A DNA stretch of 32,000 nucleotides, taken from Methanothermus fervidus DSM 2088. Its GTDB lineage: Archaea; Methanobacteriota; Methanobacteria; DSM-2088; Methanothermaceae. Where the stretch lies: NCBI GenBank assembly GCA_000166095.1, contig CP002278.1, forward strand, positions 510,001 through 542,000, written 5' to 3'. The translations under genes and the position numbers were made by a program. Below are positions 11,201-20,413 of this stretch, piece after piece. Within the stretch, counting starts at the first letter, position 1. The number at the start of each line of letters is the position of its first letter. The notes under the pieces were generated by a model. That model was not told the DNA's origin and searched no databases. It was given only the letters and a program-made list of their open reading frames with translations.

Positions 11201-13422
11201 AGAGGATTTTCCTCTGGTTGTCCCCATCCACAAAGTCCTGGTAATTTTAATGCTAGGAATGCGTTCTTTGCATCATAGAATTTCTTCCAAGAATCTGTAG
11301 GATCTGTATTATTACTTACTTTATCTATAATTTCAATCAATGCGGAAGTCATTTTGTTTATTAAATCTATAGCCCTATCTGCTTTATCTGTGGTTTTAGC
11401 ATTAGATATCATCTCTTGGTTCCATCTATTTATAACTTTGATTAATTCATCTTTAACCTTTGGATCTCCTTTCTTAATATATTCAACCGCTGCCTTAGTT
11501 AATTCTTCTATGTAACCAGTTGGTCCTTCAATTACTTCTTTCTGGGCTATTGGATTTAATTTCTTGAACCATTTTTTGTATTCTTCTAAAGGCCATAAAA
11601 TTGTATTAGGATTGTTTGCAAGTTTCTCTATGAATCCTTTAGCCCAACTTGCAGTATTAATTCCACGCTCTAGCAATATAGATACTAGTTCATCTGCATT
11701 TTTTGGTATTCTACCTACGTTGTAACCTTCCTGTTTTAATCTTTTTAAAATATTTATTATGGTTTCTGGAACATTTAGATAACTTGCCCCTATATTTTGC
11801 TTTCCTGGTGGGTAATTGTAATAAACAATTGCTATTTTTTTATCTTTATTTGGTAAGTGCTTGAGTAGACACCAGTTATATACTCTGTTTGCTAATTTTT
11901 CTATTCTGTCAGGTATTGTAATTATGATATCCCATTCAGCTCCAGTATCATTGTCTCTACCAATGTCACCTACACCAATTGCTATTGGCTCTATTTGGCC
12001 TTGCATTTCTGGTTGTGCACATTGCCAATAAACAGCGGCCCAACTGAAACCTTCATCAGATACCAACCACTGGCCTAATGTTCTATACCTCGATGATGTG
12101 ATCATTGCCTTAAATACAGGAACATTTGAATTATTGAAGAAATTGAGAACTTGTTTCCATGATGGTGAAGAACCTGTTAAGAAAGATAGTAAGTTTATTA
12201 TTGCATCACACTTTACTGGATATTTCCAAGGTTCGAACTCATATTGCACTGTATTATTTGCGTCAGTTAAAAACTTAACTAATGCTGAATACACATTTGC
12301 TGGCTGAACATTACTTATTTTTACTTCTTTTACAACTCTACCATCTTTGTCAAGTATTTGGAATTCATACACCTTCGCTTTAGGATCAGTTACACCACAA
12401 ATTTTATCAGAATCTGTGTAATTTCCTATTCCTTTAACTGCTGTAAGTTTTAAATTTTGTCCTGGCTCAAGCAATGTTTTTGCCAACTCTGTAACTTGAG
12501 TTTCATTGAGAGTTAATACGTCTGACCAAGTACCAACAATAGGAATTACGTTCATTCCTTTCTCAACAAGCTTATCAATAATTTGTTGGAAAGCATTCTC
12601 TGCATATACTTCTCCTGTAGAACTAAGATATGTCAATATAGCTACAGTAGGTTTTTTTGGATCTAATGGGTATTTTTTGAAATAATCTTCCTTACTGAAT
12701 ATTTCACCATCCCTATACAGAAACTCTTTGCCAAATCCAAGTTTGACTGGTTCTGGCTCCCATTCTTGTGGGAATATCCATCCTCTTATTTCATATAATT
12801 TCTTTAATGCCCATTTCACCTGATTTATAAGGTTATCTTTTCCTTTAGCTGCATAATATACTGCAGCATCTATCCAAGCATGTAATCCTTTGTTATTTGG
12901 ATATTTCTGTTTATAACTAAGTAGGCAATTTACATCGCCGTCATGACATGCTCCAATAAGAGATCCCACTGTGTCCCATGTTCCAATGTCTTTATCACTT
13001 ACATTCTCAAAACATTTAGTTTTCCCTATTTGACTTAATTTTACAAGTTTAGGATCACTTTCAAAAACTAAAAATATTTTATTATCTATTATTGAAGGAT
13101 ATTTCGTTACAACAGGATATAATGAATTAACAAGTTCTGTACCCCATTCTGCTAAAATAATATCTGATGAATTCACCAGATTCTTAATGTCAGTTTCTTT
13201 TAAGTTATTCATCTGGGTTGTTGATCTAATTTGAAACTTTACAGTACCATTTGTCTCATTAGTAATCGTTTTCGCTATTTCAACATAAGATTTACATGCA
13301 CTAGAAGATCCAATCATGAATACTTGTACTTTTCCTTGTTGTTGTTGAGTCACATTCTCAGCAAAAGCCCCTGAAATCAATAAAAACACTGCAAACAATA
13401 CAATCACTAAAAACTTCCTCAA
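8242..13422 (-). CDS. CobN-like (cobaltochelatase/Mg-chelatase H family) protein with signal peptide, low-complexity linker and C-terminal TM anchor
   Basis: CobN-family motifs HVGRHATYEWTPRKQ, DGVGEGMQAKRRGLSVIVDHLTPP, NPEWIKGMMKEGYSGA..., DWMWNEI; N-terminal MRKFLVIVLFAVFLLISGAFA; C-terminal GIIGVIILIALIAAGYLLRRPEK. TTG start with GGAGGTG upstream. Confidence 0.88.
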   Translation of the reverse strand: MRKFLVIVLFAVFLLISGAFAENVTQQQQGKVQVFMIGSSSACKSYVEIAKTITNETNGTVKFQIRSTTQMNNLKETDIKNLVNSSDIILAEWGTELVNSLYPVVTKYPSIIDNKIFLVFESDPKLVKLSQIGKTKCFENVSDKDIGTWDTVGSLIGACHDGDVNCLLSYKQKYPNNKGLHAWIDAAVYYAAKGKDNLINQVKWALKKLYEIRGWIFPQEWEPEPVKLGFGKEFLYRDGEIFSKEDYFKKYPLDPKKPTVAILTYLSSTGEVYAENAFQQIIDKLVEKGMNVIPIVGTWSDVLTLNETQVTELAKTLLEPGQNLKLTAVKGIGNYTDSDKICGVTDPKAKVYEFQILDKDGRVVKEVKISNVQPANVYSALVKFLTDANNTVQYEFEPWKYPVKCDAIINLLSFLTGSSPSWKQVLNFFNNSNVPVFKAMITSSRYRTLGQWLVSDEGFSWAAVYWQCAQPEMQGQIEPIAIGVGDIGRDNDTGAEWDIIITIPDRIEKLANRVYNWCLLKHLPNKDKKIAIVYYNYPPGKQNIGASYLNVPETIINILKRLKQEGYNVGRIPKNADELVSILLERGINTASWAKGFIEKLANNPNTILWPLEEYKKWFKKLNPIAQKEVIEGPTGYIEELTKAAVEYIKKGDPKVKDELIKVINRWNQEMISNAKTTDKADRAIDLINKMTSALIEIIDKVSNNTDPTDSWKKFYDAKNAFLALKLPGLCGWGQPEENPLVVTKNGTKYFIIPGILFGNIFIGPEPLRGWDQDISKLYHSTVVPPPHSYLAWYAWVNYVFKANAQIHVGRHATYEWTPRKQYALASFDYPDICIGETPSIYIYIVDGVGEGMQAKRRGLSVIVDHLTPPMITTKLYSGLKELAGLVDLYEKVPEGNPLKDEYAKAIRQKIKELNLATDLGLNPENITDEDIDKVHDYLINLQSTLMPYGLHSFGENWTDDEIALLVSSMLSPDSESDPSIQHLLSDLHGFNWKKLTLTQAELLNNETISLIKELLKGKTPEELTINITDVKLREAMKNKLTLAMTYASLLKISPSKEMDSLIDALNGGYIEPARGGDPVRAPYSLPTGRNFYAQDDNTLPTPVAWDLGKRLADMALAQMEKIPEKIAAVVWCVETARDDGAMASFVLRMLGVEPKPNDKTWLGGGPLRYLVPTPLNKLLEDLNKVRRSMGLSNVTVRPRVDVITTTSGLFRDLFPNLLAKMDLAFRIALAASYSTITEKYPELKDELNKALEPLIIGQFYQAKNLTDLLNKYDLKEPLELNYVAKHWVELVKKGFDGDTAITRIFAPPVGDYGAGITHAVEQAWTWQNRSELADIYLRRMSHAYSNTVWGLSRQDLFEELLKGVSVAYHSRSTNLYGVLDNDDYYDYFGGLSMAIEKVNGGKAPQLNVLYYANPAVPQIMSLQQFMLREMRTRYLNPEWIKGMMKEGYSGARYISNKFVAYLWGWQVTTPHLVQDWMWNEIVDVYVKDKYNIGVSQWLSTGNRAYAMISIIGTLLTAAHKGFWHPSTETLRLIANRWAALIARYGPACCDCSCGNIAMIRWALNYVNPNLLNSVRSQLYIATKNAAFAPSIPGAPTTPQPSVPGIPTTTPQPSIPGAPSQLGAPTALGRVGIGTAATRGVSPGISGPSGRVGGEVGARGAAQAAGAAGKAGITGAAAGKGAGKAYEITPVSKGIGKPGIPFAGIIGVIILIALIAAGYLLRRPEK
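8560..8665 (-). repeat. Pro/Thr-rich degenerate tandem repeat in the linker of the CobN-like protein
   Basis: Encodes PSIPGAPTTPQPSVPGIPTTTPQPSIPGAPS; imperfect repeats of the unit PS[I/V]PG[A/I]PTT(T)PQ. Confidence 0.8.
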
Positions 13423-13442
13423 CTTTTCACCTCCTTTTTTGT

Positions 13443-13471
13443 TATTACTACATTAGGGTTATTGAGTAATA
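13443..13471. promoter_or_regulatory. Palindrome TATTACT-N15-AGTAATA abutting a TATA box; candidate operator
   Basis: Left arm 13443-13449 tattact, right arm 13465-13471 agtaata, exact reverse complements. On the minus strand it immediately follows TTATATAAG (about 13472-13480), about 20-50 nt upstream of the TTG start at 13422. Confidence 0.5.
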
Positions 13472-13480
13472 CTTATATAA
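13472..13480 (-). promoter_or_regulatory. TATA box for the CobN-like gene
   Basis: Minus strand reads gaaaaattttTTATATAAGt-type sequence about 50 nt upstream of the start codon. Confidence 0.5.
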
Positions 13481-13601
13481 AATTTTTCAAAACTTTCTAA
13501 TTCAAATAATTTTGATGAAAGAAATATTCTTAATTGAAAAACTTTTAAAAATAAAAATCTAGTGCCAATAAAATTATGAATAAATAAGGAGGTAAAAAAT
13601 C

Positions 13602-13877
13602 TTGAAAGTTAGGGCTCATATATTTATTAGCGGAAGAGTGCAAGGAGTATTCTTCAGAGCAAATACTAAAAAAGTAGCAGAAAAGCATGGTGTAAAAGGT
13701 TGGGTACGCAATCTCCCTGATGGAAGAGTTGAAGCAGTTTTAGAAGGAGAAAAAGAAGATGTAGAAAAAGTAATTGAATTTTGTAGGGAAGGACCACCTC
13801 TAGCAAAGGTTACAAATGTAGATGTAAAATGGGAAAAATACAAGGGAGAATTTAGAAATTTTGAAGTAAGATACTAA
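13602..13877 (+). CDS. acyP: Acylphosphatase
   Basis: [36 protein letters not shown]...GP..A.V; TTG start with GGAGG upstream. Confidence 0.95.
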   Translation: MKVRAHIFISGRVQGVFFRANTKKVAEKHGVKGWVRNLPDGRVEAVLEGEKEDVEKVIEFCREGPPLAKVTNVDVKWEKYKGEFRNFEVRY

Positions 13878-13914
13878 TTTTCTTTTATAAATTTTTTTTA
13901 ATTAAAAGAAAATT
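13876..13914. terminator. Inverted repeat between convergent acyP and herA; possible bidirectional terminator
   Basis: AATTTTCTTTTA (13876-13887) / TAAAAGAAAATT (13903-13914), 12-nt perfect arms, T-rich loop, spanning the gap between the two stop codons. Confidence 0.5.
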
Positions 13915-15444
13915 TCATAGAGGGTCAATATCATATTCCTGATCATCTGATTTCTCATCTTTTTCAATATAATCCTCAAAAAGAGGTATATAGATAGGAA
14001 CAGCAAATTTTGTGAATATACTACTCACAATTGCTTCTCCCTTATCCAAACTAGCTATAGCTCTATCATCATCTGATAAATCTTGTGGAGAACTTCCAAT
14101 TATTTCTGATCTTTCCGATGGCATTTCATTACCAAGAATTATTTTTGTATTCATATTTGCCAATATACTTTTGGGAATTGGTGTGACTAATTGAGTTATT
14201 GCTATTAGTCCAATGTTAAATTTACGTCCTTCCCTAGCTATTGTTGCATATATATTTTGTCCATCTTTAAGTACATCTTTGCCAAGTATTCTTGGAGCTT
14301 CTTCAACTACAATCCCTATCACAGGTTTTTTGTTTAATTCACCTTCTGCCTTATATCTTTGGTATCTTCTAAAAATATTTTCTATTATTGCACTACCCAC
14401 AAGTATTCCTGCTTCTTCACTCATTTGTGAAGTATCAATTATGACAATTTTACCTTTCTCTAAATTATTAACAATGTCTTCGATAACGTTTCTTCCGTTT
14501 TCAACAAAAACATCTTCATGGCTAAGTACATGATTCAGTTTTCTATTGGTTGCAGCTATTGTTGGCTTTTTTACACCGTGAATTTCTTCTCCAATTCTCT
14601 CCATCTCTTCTATTTTAATTATCCATTCATCTTTAAATTCTTTATAAAATTTGTGCATTGCCTGCCATTGGGCATCTGTAAAAGAAACAGTTCCTTGAAA
14701 ATGTTTTGGTTTTAAATATTTTTTATTAATTTTTAATTCTAACCCGCCTCTAGGAGGATTAGGCGAATAATATAATACTTCTTCATGTCTCGGATGATCT
14801 TTTAAACCTTTTGTATTTCCTCTTCCATAGTATTCATCATGTGGATCTAAAACAAGTATTCCAACGTTTTCATCAACTAAATTCCAAAGCATTACCTTTA
14901 CTAAATTACTTTTACCTCTTCCTGTAGTTGCAGGTATGAGTATATGGTGAGGTATTGCATGCTTATAGTCAATATAAACAGGTAAATTTAATTTTTGAGA
15001 ACCACTTCTCACCTCACCTAAATAAAGAGGATGTTTTGGCTTACTCAAAAATTTTAAATCTTCTTCTTTCACACGTCTAACTTTTTTAAAGAATGGAGGT
15101 AATGATTTTGGGGCTTTTGCATTTTTGGAATTGTTATGTATATAAAGTAAAGGTTTTGCTTCAGCTATAATATAATTTCTAAGTTCTGGCTCAATAAATG
15201 TTGTACTTTCATCTTCATGTTCCAATTGAAGTCCTGATATCAATTCTCTTCTCTCTTGTGGTATTTGAGAACGATATTCAAGATTTTTAACTTGTAGTAA
15301 AATTTTATTACCATTATTTTCATCAGCAATTAATAAATCCCCAAGTTCAAGTCTTTTGCCAAATTTTCCTCTAACTAAAATTTTTGATGAATTTCCTCCT
15401 ATTATTTGCCCTGCTACTTCATTATCATCCATAAAATTCACCAC
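13915..15444 (-). CDS. herA: HerA-like hexameric DNA translocase (DUF87)
   Basis: Walker A-like [27 protein letters not shown], Walker B-like [35 protein letters not shown]. Confidence 0.87.
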   Translation of the reverse strand: MVNFMDDNEVAGQIIGGNSSKILVRGKFGKRLELGDLLIADENNGNKILLQVKNLEYRSQIPQERRELISGLQLEHEDESTTFIEPELRNYIIAEAKPLLYIHNNSKNAKAPKSLPPFFKKVRRVKEEDLKFLSKPKHPLYLGEVRSGSQKLNLPVYIDYKHAIPHHILIPATTGRGKSNLVKVMLWNLVDENVGILVLDPHDEYYGRGNTKGLKDHPRHEEVLYYSPNPPRGGLELKINKKYLKPKHFQGTVSFTDAQWQAMHKFYKEFKDEWIIKIEEMERIGEEIHGVKKPTIAATNRKLNHVLSHEDVFVENGRNVIEDIVNNLEKGKIVIIDTSQMSEEAGILVGSAIIENIFRRYQRYKAEGELNKKPVIGIVVEEAPRILGKDVLKDGQNIYATIAREGRKFNIGLIAITQLVTPIPKSILANMNTKIILGNEMPSERSEIIGSSPQDLSDDDRAIASLDKGEAIVSSIFTKFAVPIYIPLFEDYIEKDEKSDDQEYDIDPL

Positions 15445-16544
15445 AACAATGAATTTTCATCAAGAATGTCATGCATGTCCACTGCCCTCATATCTGCAAG
15501 TATGTTTTCTTTTAGTTCACCATATTTGTGGATTAATTGCAATAATCTTGCCTTAAATATCTCAACTTCATTTTTTCTAACCCTTGCCTCTGAATCTACT
15601 TTAACTAATCCATAAGGATATCCATGAATAAATGAATCCTGAGTATTTGGCACTATTGCTGATAGAATTTCCAAAATTTTTGATTTTGGACTATAAATGT
15701 CAAATCTAAAAATACGTGACTCAGGACTAAACTTAACAGCCCCTACAGTAATTTTATGATTATTTAGGTTATATTCTTCTAATGGATAATAACACCAGCG
15801 CTTTTTTCCAACTTTTTTTGAGCAATGTTGCAATGCCCTTATTAGTGGTACACCACTGTTTGTTATACGTCGACAAGTTTTTGAAATACCTAAGAAATAT
15901 AGATTGTTTTTACTTGCTACATCCAGGCAAGACTCAAGATATTTATCCTCTTTAGAAAATGTTACCTGAAGAGAACCATCCTTAACCAAAATATCATCTT
16001 TACTTAGTTCTTTCTCCAATACATATTTTGAAAATGATAATTCAGCAAATCTTCTAGATATAGATTCAACCCTACTCAAATCATGAAAAGTAGTTGCTCT
16101 TTTTTTGGAAGTAAATGATAAATGTTCATCATGTGGTAAAAATCTTTTATATTCTTCTTTTAGTGGAAATAGCTTTGTTTCGTAATGTATTTCTCCATTT
16201 TTTAATTCAGCACATGTTACTGATAAAAATTCAATTTTTCGTGGAATTTTGGAATTTCGTTTCTCATGTTCCTTTCCTTTAAAAATACTAAAACATATAC
16301 GATTAAATTGTATTGAAATCTTTGGAGTTCCAATAATTTCTTGATTTCCACCATCTACAAATGCAATTCTACAATTTTTCGGAGCTTTAAATTCATGAAA
16401 CTTATCAGTGGATATTTCAAAACTCTTAGATTTGTCTCTAGATAAAGGTCTTACACCATCATCCACATTTGATTTATATTTAAGATAATCAACAAGCTTT
16501 GTTAAAGCTTTACAACGCATTAAATCACCTAAAATTTGCAACAT
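15438..16544 (-). CDS. nurA: NurA-domain nuclease
   Basis: [11 protein letters not shown] (NurA N-terminal Asp motif), C-terminal [18 protein letters not shown]; start overlaps the herA end by 7 nt in the usual herA-nurA arrangement. Confidence 0.78.
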   Translation of the reverse strand: MLQILGDLMRCKALTKLVDYLKYKSNVDDGVRPLSRDKSKSFEISTDKFHEFKAPKNCRIAFVDGGNQEIIGTPKISIQFNRICFSIFKGKEHEKRNSKIPRKIEFLSVTCAELKNGEIHYETKLFPLKEEYKRFLPHDEHLSFTSKKRATTFHDLSRVESISRRFAELSFSKYVLEKELSKDDILVKDGSLQVTFSKEDKYLESCLDVASKNNLYFLGISKTCRRITNSGVPLIRALQHCSKKVGKKRWCYYPLEEYNLNNHKITVGAVKFSPESRIFRFDIYSPKSKILEILSAIVPNTQDSFIHGYPYGLVKVDSEARVRKNEVEIFKARLLQLIHKYGELKENILADMRAVDMHDILDENSLLW

Positions 16545-16679
16545 TCTTCTTAGGTCCAGTAGTTACCTTCACATTATTAATATTTTGGGAAAAGCTTTTA
16601 TAAAATTTATATTTATTTTGTTAGACAGATGAGTTAATCTTAAATAATTTACATTACAAAATTTTATTTGGTGGTTGTA

Positions 16680-16958
16680 ATGAAAAAAATTGAAAAACAA
16701 GCAACATGTAGTGAGATATGTGACTACATTAGAGACAATGTAAAGGAAGGAGACATTGTCAGAATTTCTATTGGCATGGCATATATACCTGGAGAGGTTA
16801 TATTAAACAATGATTGTGTTCTTCATATCAAACTTGAGAGTAAAATGTTTAGTGACTTGACAACTACAGTAGATGTAGAAAAATTCAAAGAAGAATTAAT
16901 AGAACTTGAGCATGAAACTGAAGATGGAATATATGTTTTTGAGGCCATTGAAGATTAA
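16680..16958 (+). CDS. Small conserved-looking protein of unknown function (~92 aa)
   Basis: MKKIEKQATCSEICDYIRDNVKEGDIVRISIGMAYIPGEVILNNDCVLHIK...; ATG at 16680 preferred over the upstream TTG at 16668. Confidence 0.6.
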   Translation: MKKIEKQATCSEICDYIRDNVKEGDIVRISIGMAYIPGEVILNNDCVLHIKLESKMFSDLTTTVDVEKFKEELIELEHETEDGIYVFEAIED

Positions 16959-16979
16959 GCTAAAGCTAGGAGGTCATAA

Positions 16980-17066
16980 ATGGAAGAGTTAGAAATAATA
17001 ACATTAGTTTTTTTCTTAACATTCATTTTTACAACTTTTTTATCTCACCTTCTTTCTAAAAAATAA
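16980..17066 (+). CDS. 28-aa hydrophobic microprotein (not in the ORF track)
   Basis: ATG preceded by AGGAGGTCATAA; translates to MEELEIITLVFFLTFIFTTFLSHLLSKK*, one predicted TM segment. Confidence 0.55.
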   Translation: MEELEIITLVFFLTFIFTTFLSHLLSKK

Positions 17067-18293
17067 TTTTAAATTCTTTCTTTTAGTCAATTGAATCAAT
17101 TCTACAACTCCCAAACCTATAATAATTCCAGGTATAATAGACATTATTAGAGATAATGGATTCATATCCCCTATCCTTGTTAAGCCTCTAGCAAATAAAA
17201 ACATTAAAATTATCATAAAAACACTTCTAATTTCTTTCTTAATTTCATTCATAACCGTGAATATTATTGCAGATGCTATGCAAATAACCAAACCTCTACT
17301 TACAGTAACACCGCATGTTTCTGCAAGACTAATATCTTTAATTACATAGCTTAATTTTAAGATAAGTTGTAAAACATAGGGGATTCGTAAATATGTACCA
17401 CTTCCTTCACCAGTCATTACAAATATTAAGAAATTTACAATTCCAAATGTAAAGGAAATTAATAAAAATAAGATAACAATGGTTGCAAGAGATATTCTCC
17501 AATTTATCTTTATTTTAGATCTATAAATAGCAAAACATGAAGCTATGAGTGCAACGAACATCCTAACGAGATTTCCACCACCAAGCCCTGGTATCAAACT
17601 TGCAGCGGTTAAACGATCTCTCGCATGTGAAATTATAGGCATGCCAAATAATCTGCTTGTATAAAGAAATACTGCTTCTGTGATACAAATTATCCCAACT
17701 ATGAATATTAATGAATTTTTTAAATTATTTTCAAGAGAATATTTAGTTATCCAAAAAGCTAAAACTCCAACCAAAATAAAAGATAATATAGCTTCTATTA
17801 TTGCTGCTATTATAAATAAACTTGGGAAATTTAAAATACGGTGTTTATTTATTTTATTTTTGAGGTTTTCAGCAGTCTTTACAGGGTCTTTAGATAATAT
17901 TACGTTTTTCTCGTTTTTAGACATTGTCATAATAGCTTTTCCAACTTCTCCTTTCCTATTATCATCAACAATAATGAATTTTTTGTCTGCTTTAATTACC
18001 TCCAAAGAATCAATTAAATTCTGCTTTCTCAGTTCATTTTTTGGTAAGTTAAATTTACCTAATATTACGACATCAAATTCCTGAGAGTATGCAGCATGTA
18101 AAAGATAAAATCCACCAACAATGTCTAAATCAGATATAGTATACACCTTATATCCAGGTATATTCATGTGTGTGACATTTTCATCTAGCACCAGAACTGT
18201 TGGTTGAGGATTTGGACCAAAAATTAAAGCTACCAATATCATTGTTATTATTAAAGTCCCAAATAATGAAGGAACACTTAGCTTTACATTCAC
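17040..18293 (-). CDS. Integral membrane protein of unknown function with an N-terminal TM, a ~130-aa soluble domain and a multi-TM C-terminal part
   Basis: Long ORF with clear alternation of hydrophobic segments; no family recognised. Confidence 0.7.
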   Translation of the reverse strand: MNVKLSVPSLFGTLIITMILVALIFGPNPQPTVLVLDENVTHMNIPGYKVYTISDLDIVGGFYLLHAAYSQEFDVVILGKFNLPKNELRKQNLIDSLEVIKADKKFIIVDDNRKGEVGKAIMTMSKNEKNVILSKDPVKTAENLKNKINKHRILNFPSLFIIAAIIEAILSFILVGVLAFWITKYSLENNLKNSLIFIVGIICITEAVFLYTSRLFGMPIISHARDRLTAASLIPGLGGGNLVRMFVALIASCFAIYRSKIKINWRISLATIVILFLLISFTFGIVNFLIFVMTGEGSGTYLRIPYVLQLILKLSYVIKDISLAETCGVTVSRGLVICIASAIIFTVMNEIKKEIRSVFMIILMFLFARGLTRIGDMNPLSLIMSIIPGIIIGLGVVELIQLTKRKNLKLFFRKKVR

Positions 18294-18482
18294 TTTACCA
18301 CCAATCGAGCTAAATTTTAGTAAATTGGCAATAAAATAATTTTTTACTTCTAAAATTTTTACTTATTTCAATTCTTGATAAAATTTTTCCTCTTATCATG
18401 AGATGTATTAAAGAAAATTTAATGTTGTTGTATGTACAAAAATATTACAAGCTAAAAAATATTGACAACCGGTGAGTTAAAA

Positions 18483-19625
18483 ATGCTAATTGAAACTCCA
18501 AGGCATTTTGAAACTATTGGCGCTGTCAAACTTTATGATATACAACGAGTTATCAAATTGGATTCCGAATTATCTGATAATCCTTTGTTTTACACTTTTT
18601 CAAAATCAGATTTACATAAAGTTTTAAATGATCTTTCTATTGTAATTCCAATAAAAAACGAAAGAATTAATTTATTTGATGGTGCATTACGTTCAATCCC
18701 TCATAATTGTCCAATAATTGTAGTGTCAAATAGCAATGAAAAAAGATGTAAAGTTGAAAAGGAAGTTGTTAAACAATTTTACAATGTCACAGAACATCCT
18801 ATAATGTATATCCACCAAAAAGACCCAAATGTTGCCCTAGCGTTTAAAGAATTAAAATATTATGATATACTCAATGGCAAAGGTGAATTTGTGAGAGATG
18901 GCAAAGGAGAAGGCATGATAATTGGTATTTTAGTGGCAAAAGCAATTGGAAGTAAATATGTTGGATTTGTAGATGCAGATAATTATCTACCATCTTCGAT
19001 TTATGAATATGTTTTGGATTTTGCTGCAGGCATTAAAATGTCAAAATCTCCATATTCTATGGTAAGGCTTAGATGGAAATATAAGCCTAAATTAATAAAA
19101 AACAAAGTTTACTTTAAAAGATGGGGTCGTGTGTCACGAGTAACAAACAAATTCTTAAATAAACTCATAGGACATTATCTTGGGTATAAAACTACAATAA
19201 TGAAGACAGCTAATTCTGGCGAACATGCTATGAGTATTGAACTTGCTAATAAACTAGCATATTCTTCTGGTTATTCTATTGAACCATTTGAAATTATTTA
19301 TATTCTTGAGAATTTTGGGAAATCAGATGGAAACAAAATTGTTGAGATATTCCAGATAGAAACATTGAATCCACATATTCATGAAAACAAGGGGGAAGAA
19401 CATATAAATAATATGATCCACGATTCTTTGTCAACGATATATCATAGTAAGCTAGCCAATAAAAACATAAAGCTTGAAATAATTGAAGAGTTGAAGAAAA
19501 GAAATGTATTGAAAGATAAAGAAGAACCAAAGAAAAATATTATGATGTCTCCAATAGAAACTTTAGATGAAAAATCTTTTATTGAAATTGTAAGGGATTC
19601 TGAAGGATTTATAGAATTAAGGTGA
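18483..19625 (+). CDS. mpgS: Mannosyl-3-phosphoglycerate synthase (GT55)
   Basis: LSIVIPIKNERINLFDGALRSIPHNCPIIVVSNS, VRDGKGEGMIIGI, VGFVDADNYLPSSIYEY, TANSGEHAMSIELA. ATG 18483 with GGTGAG upstream preferred over 18462. Confidence 0.92.
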   Translation: MLIETPRHFETIGAVKLYDIQRVIKLDSELSDNPLFYTFSKSDLHKVLNDLSIVIPIKNERINLFDGALRSIPHNCPIIVVSNSNEKRCKVEKEVVKQFYNVTEHPIMYIHQKDPNVALAFKELKYYDILNGKGEFVRDGKGEGMIIGILVAKAIGSKYVGFVDADNYLPSSIYEYVLDFAAGIKMSKSPYSMVRLRWKYKPKLIKNKVYFKRWGRVSRVTNKFLNKLIGHYLGYKTTIMKTANSGEHAMSIELANKLAYSSGYSIEPFEIIYILENFGKSDGNKIVEIFQIETLNPHIHENKGEEHINNMIHDSLSTIYHSKLANKNIKLEIIEELKKRNVLKDKEEPKKNIMMSPIETLDEKSFIEIVRDSEGFIELR

Positions 19626-20413
19626 TTATTTTGTATGTTATTTTTACAGATCTAGATAATACTTTACTTGACAGTAGGTATTCATATGAAGATGCAAAAG
19701 ATGTATTAGAGATATTGAAGGAAAAAGAGATTCCTATAGTGTTTTGTTCTGCAAAAACTAAATATGAACAAGAAGTTATAAGGAAAAAAATTGGAATCAA
19801 GGACCCTTTCATTGTTGAAGATGGGTCGGCCATATACATACCAAAAAATTACTTTGGATCACGTAAGGGAAAAGTTATAGATGATTATGAGGTTATAGTG
19901 TTAGGAACTAAAATAAATAAAATACGAGAAGAAATAGAAAAACTTCAAAGAAAATATCATATAATCGGGTATCAGGACATGAGTATCAAAGAAATTTCAG
20001 AAGTTACAGGTCTTAATTTTAAAGATTCAAAATTAGCAAAAAATAGGGAGTTTAGTGAGACTATTGTAGAGGCTGAAAATAAAGCAATTGAAGAACTAAA
20101 GAAAAAATTTAATGTAGTAATAGGTGGAAGATTTATCCATGTATTTGGTAAAAACGCTGACAAAGGAAAAGCTGTTAAATTATTAACAAAATTCTATAAA
20201 GAAAAATATGGGGAAGTAAAAACGATAGGCATTGGTGATTCCTATACAGATGAACCTATGCTAAGAGTTGTAGACATTCCTGCAATAGTGAAGGGACAAG
20301 ATGGTAAATGGGTAAATTTAAAAATTAAGAACCTATATAGAGCTAATGGCGTTGGACCAAAAGGATGGTCAAAAGTTATAAAAAAATTCATTTTGAGTGA
20401 TAAAGATGTCTAA
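19622..20413 (+). CDS. mpgP: Mannosyl-3-phosphoglycerate phosphatase (HAD superfamily)
   Basis: VIFTDLDNTLLDSRYSYEDA, VVIGGRFIHVFGKNADKGKAVKLL, TIGIGDSYTDEPML; GTG start overlaps the mpgS stop. Confidence 0.9.
   Translation: MIILYVIFTDLDNTLLDSRYSYEDAKDVLEILKEKEIPIVFCSAKTKYEQEVIRKKIGIKDPFIVEDGSAIYIPKNYFGSRKGKVIDDYEVIVLGTKINKIREEIEKLQRKYHIIGYQDMSIKEISEVTGLNFKDSKLAKNREFSETIVEAENKAIEELKKKFNVVIGGRFIHVFGKNADKGKAVKLLTKFYKEKYGEVKTIGIGDSYTDEPMLRVVDIPAIVKGQDGKWVNLKIKNLYRANGVGPKGWSKVIKKFILSDKDV

Noticed and set aside
12225-12245. ggttcgaactc string resembling a tRNA T-loop
   Set aside because: Within the CobN-like coding frame; no acceptor, D-arm or anticodon arm could be assembled around it.
16652-16682. 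CATTAC-N19-GTAATG inverted repeat near the small ORF start
   Set aside because: Short arms, one overlapping the start codon; expected by chance in AT-rich DNA and no TATA-box relationship.
17680-18084. 134-aa plus-strand ORF antisense to the 417-aa membrane protein
   Set aside because: Shadow ORF; the opposite frame is longer and shows coherent TM segmentation.
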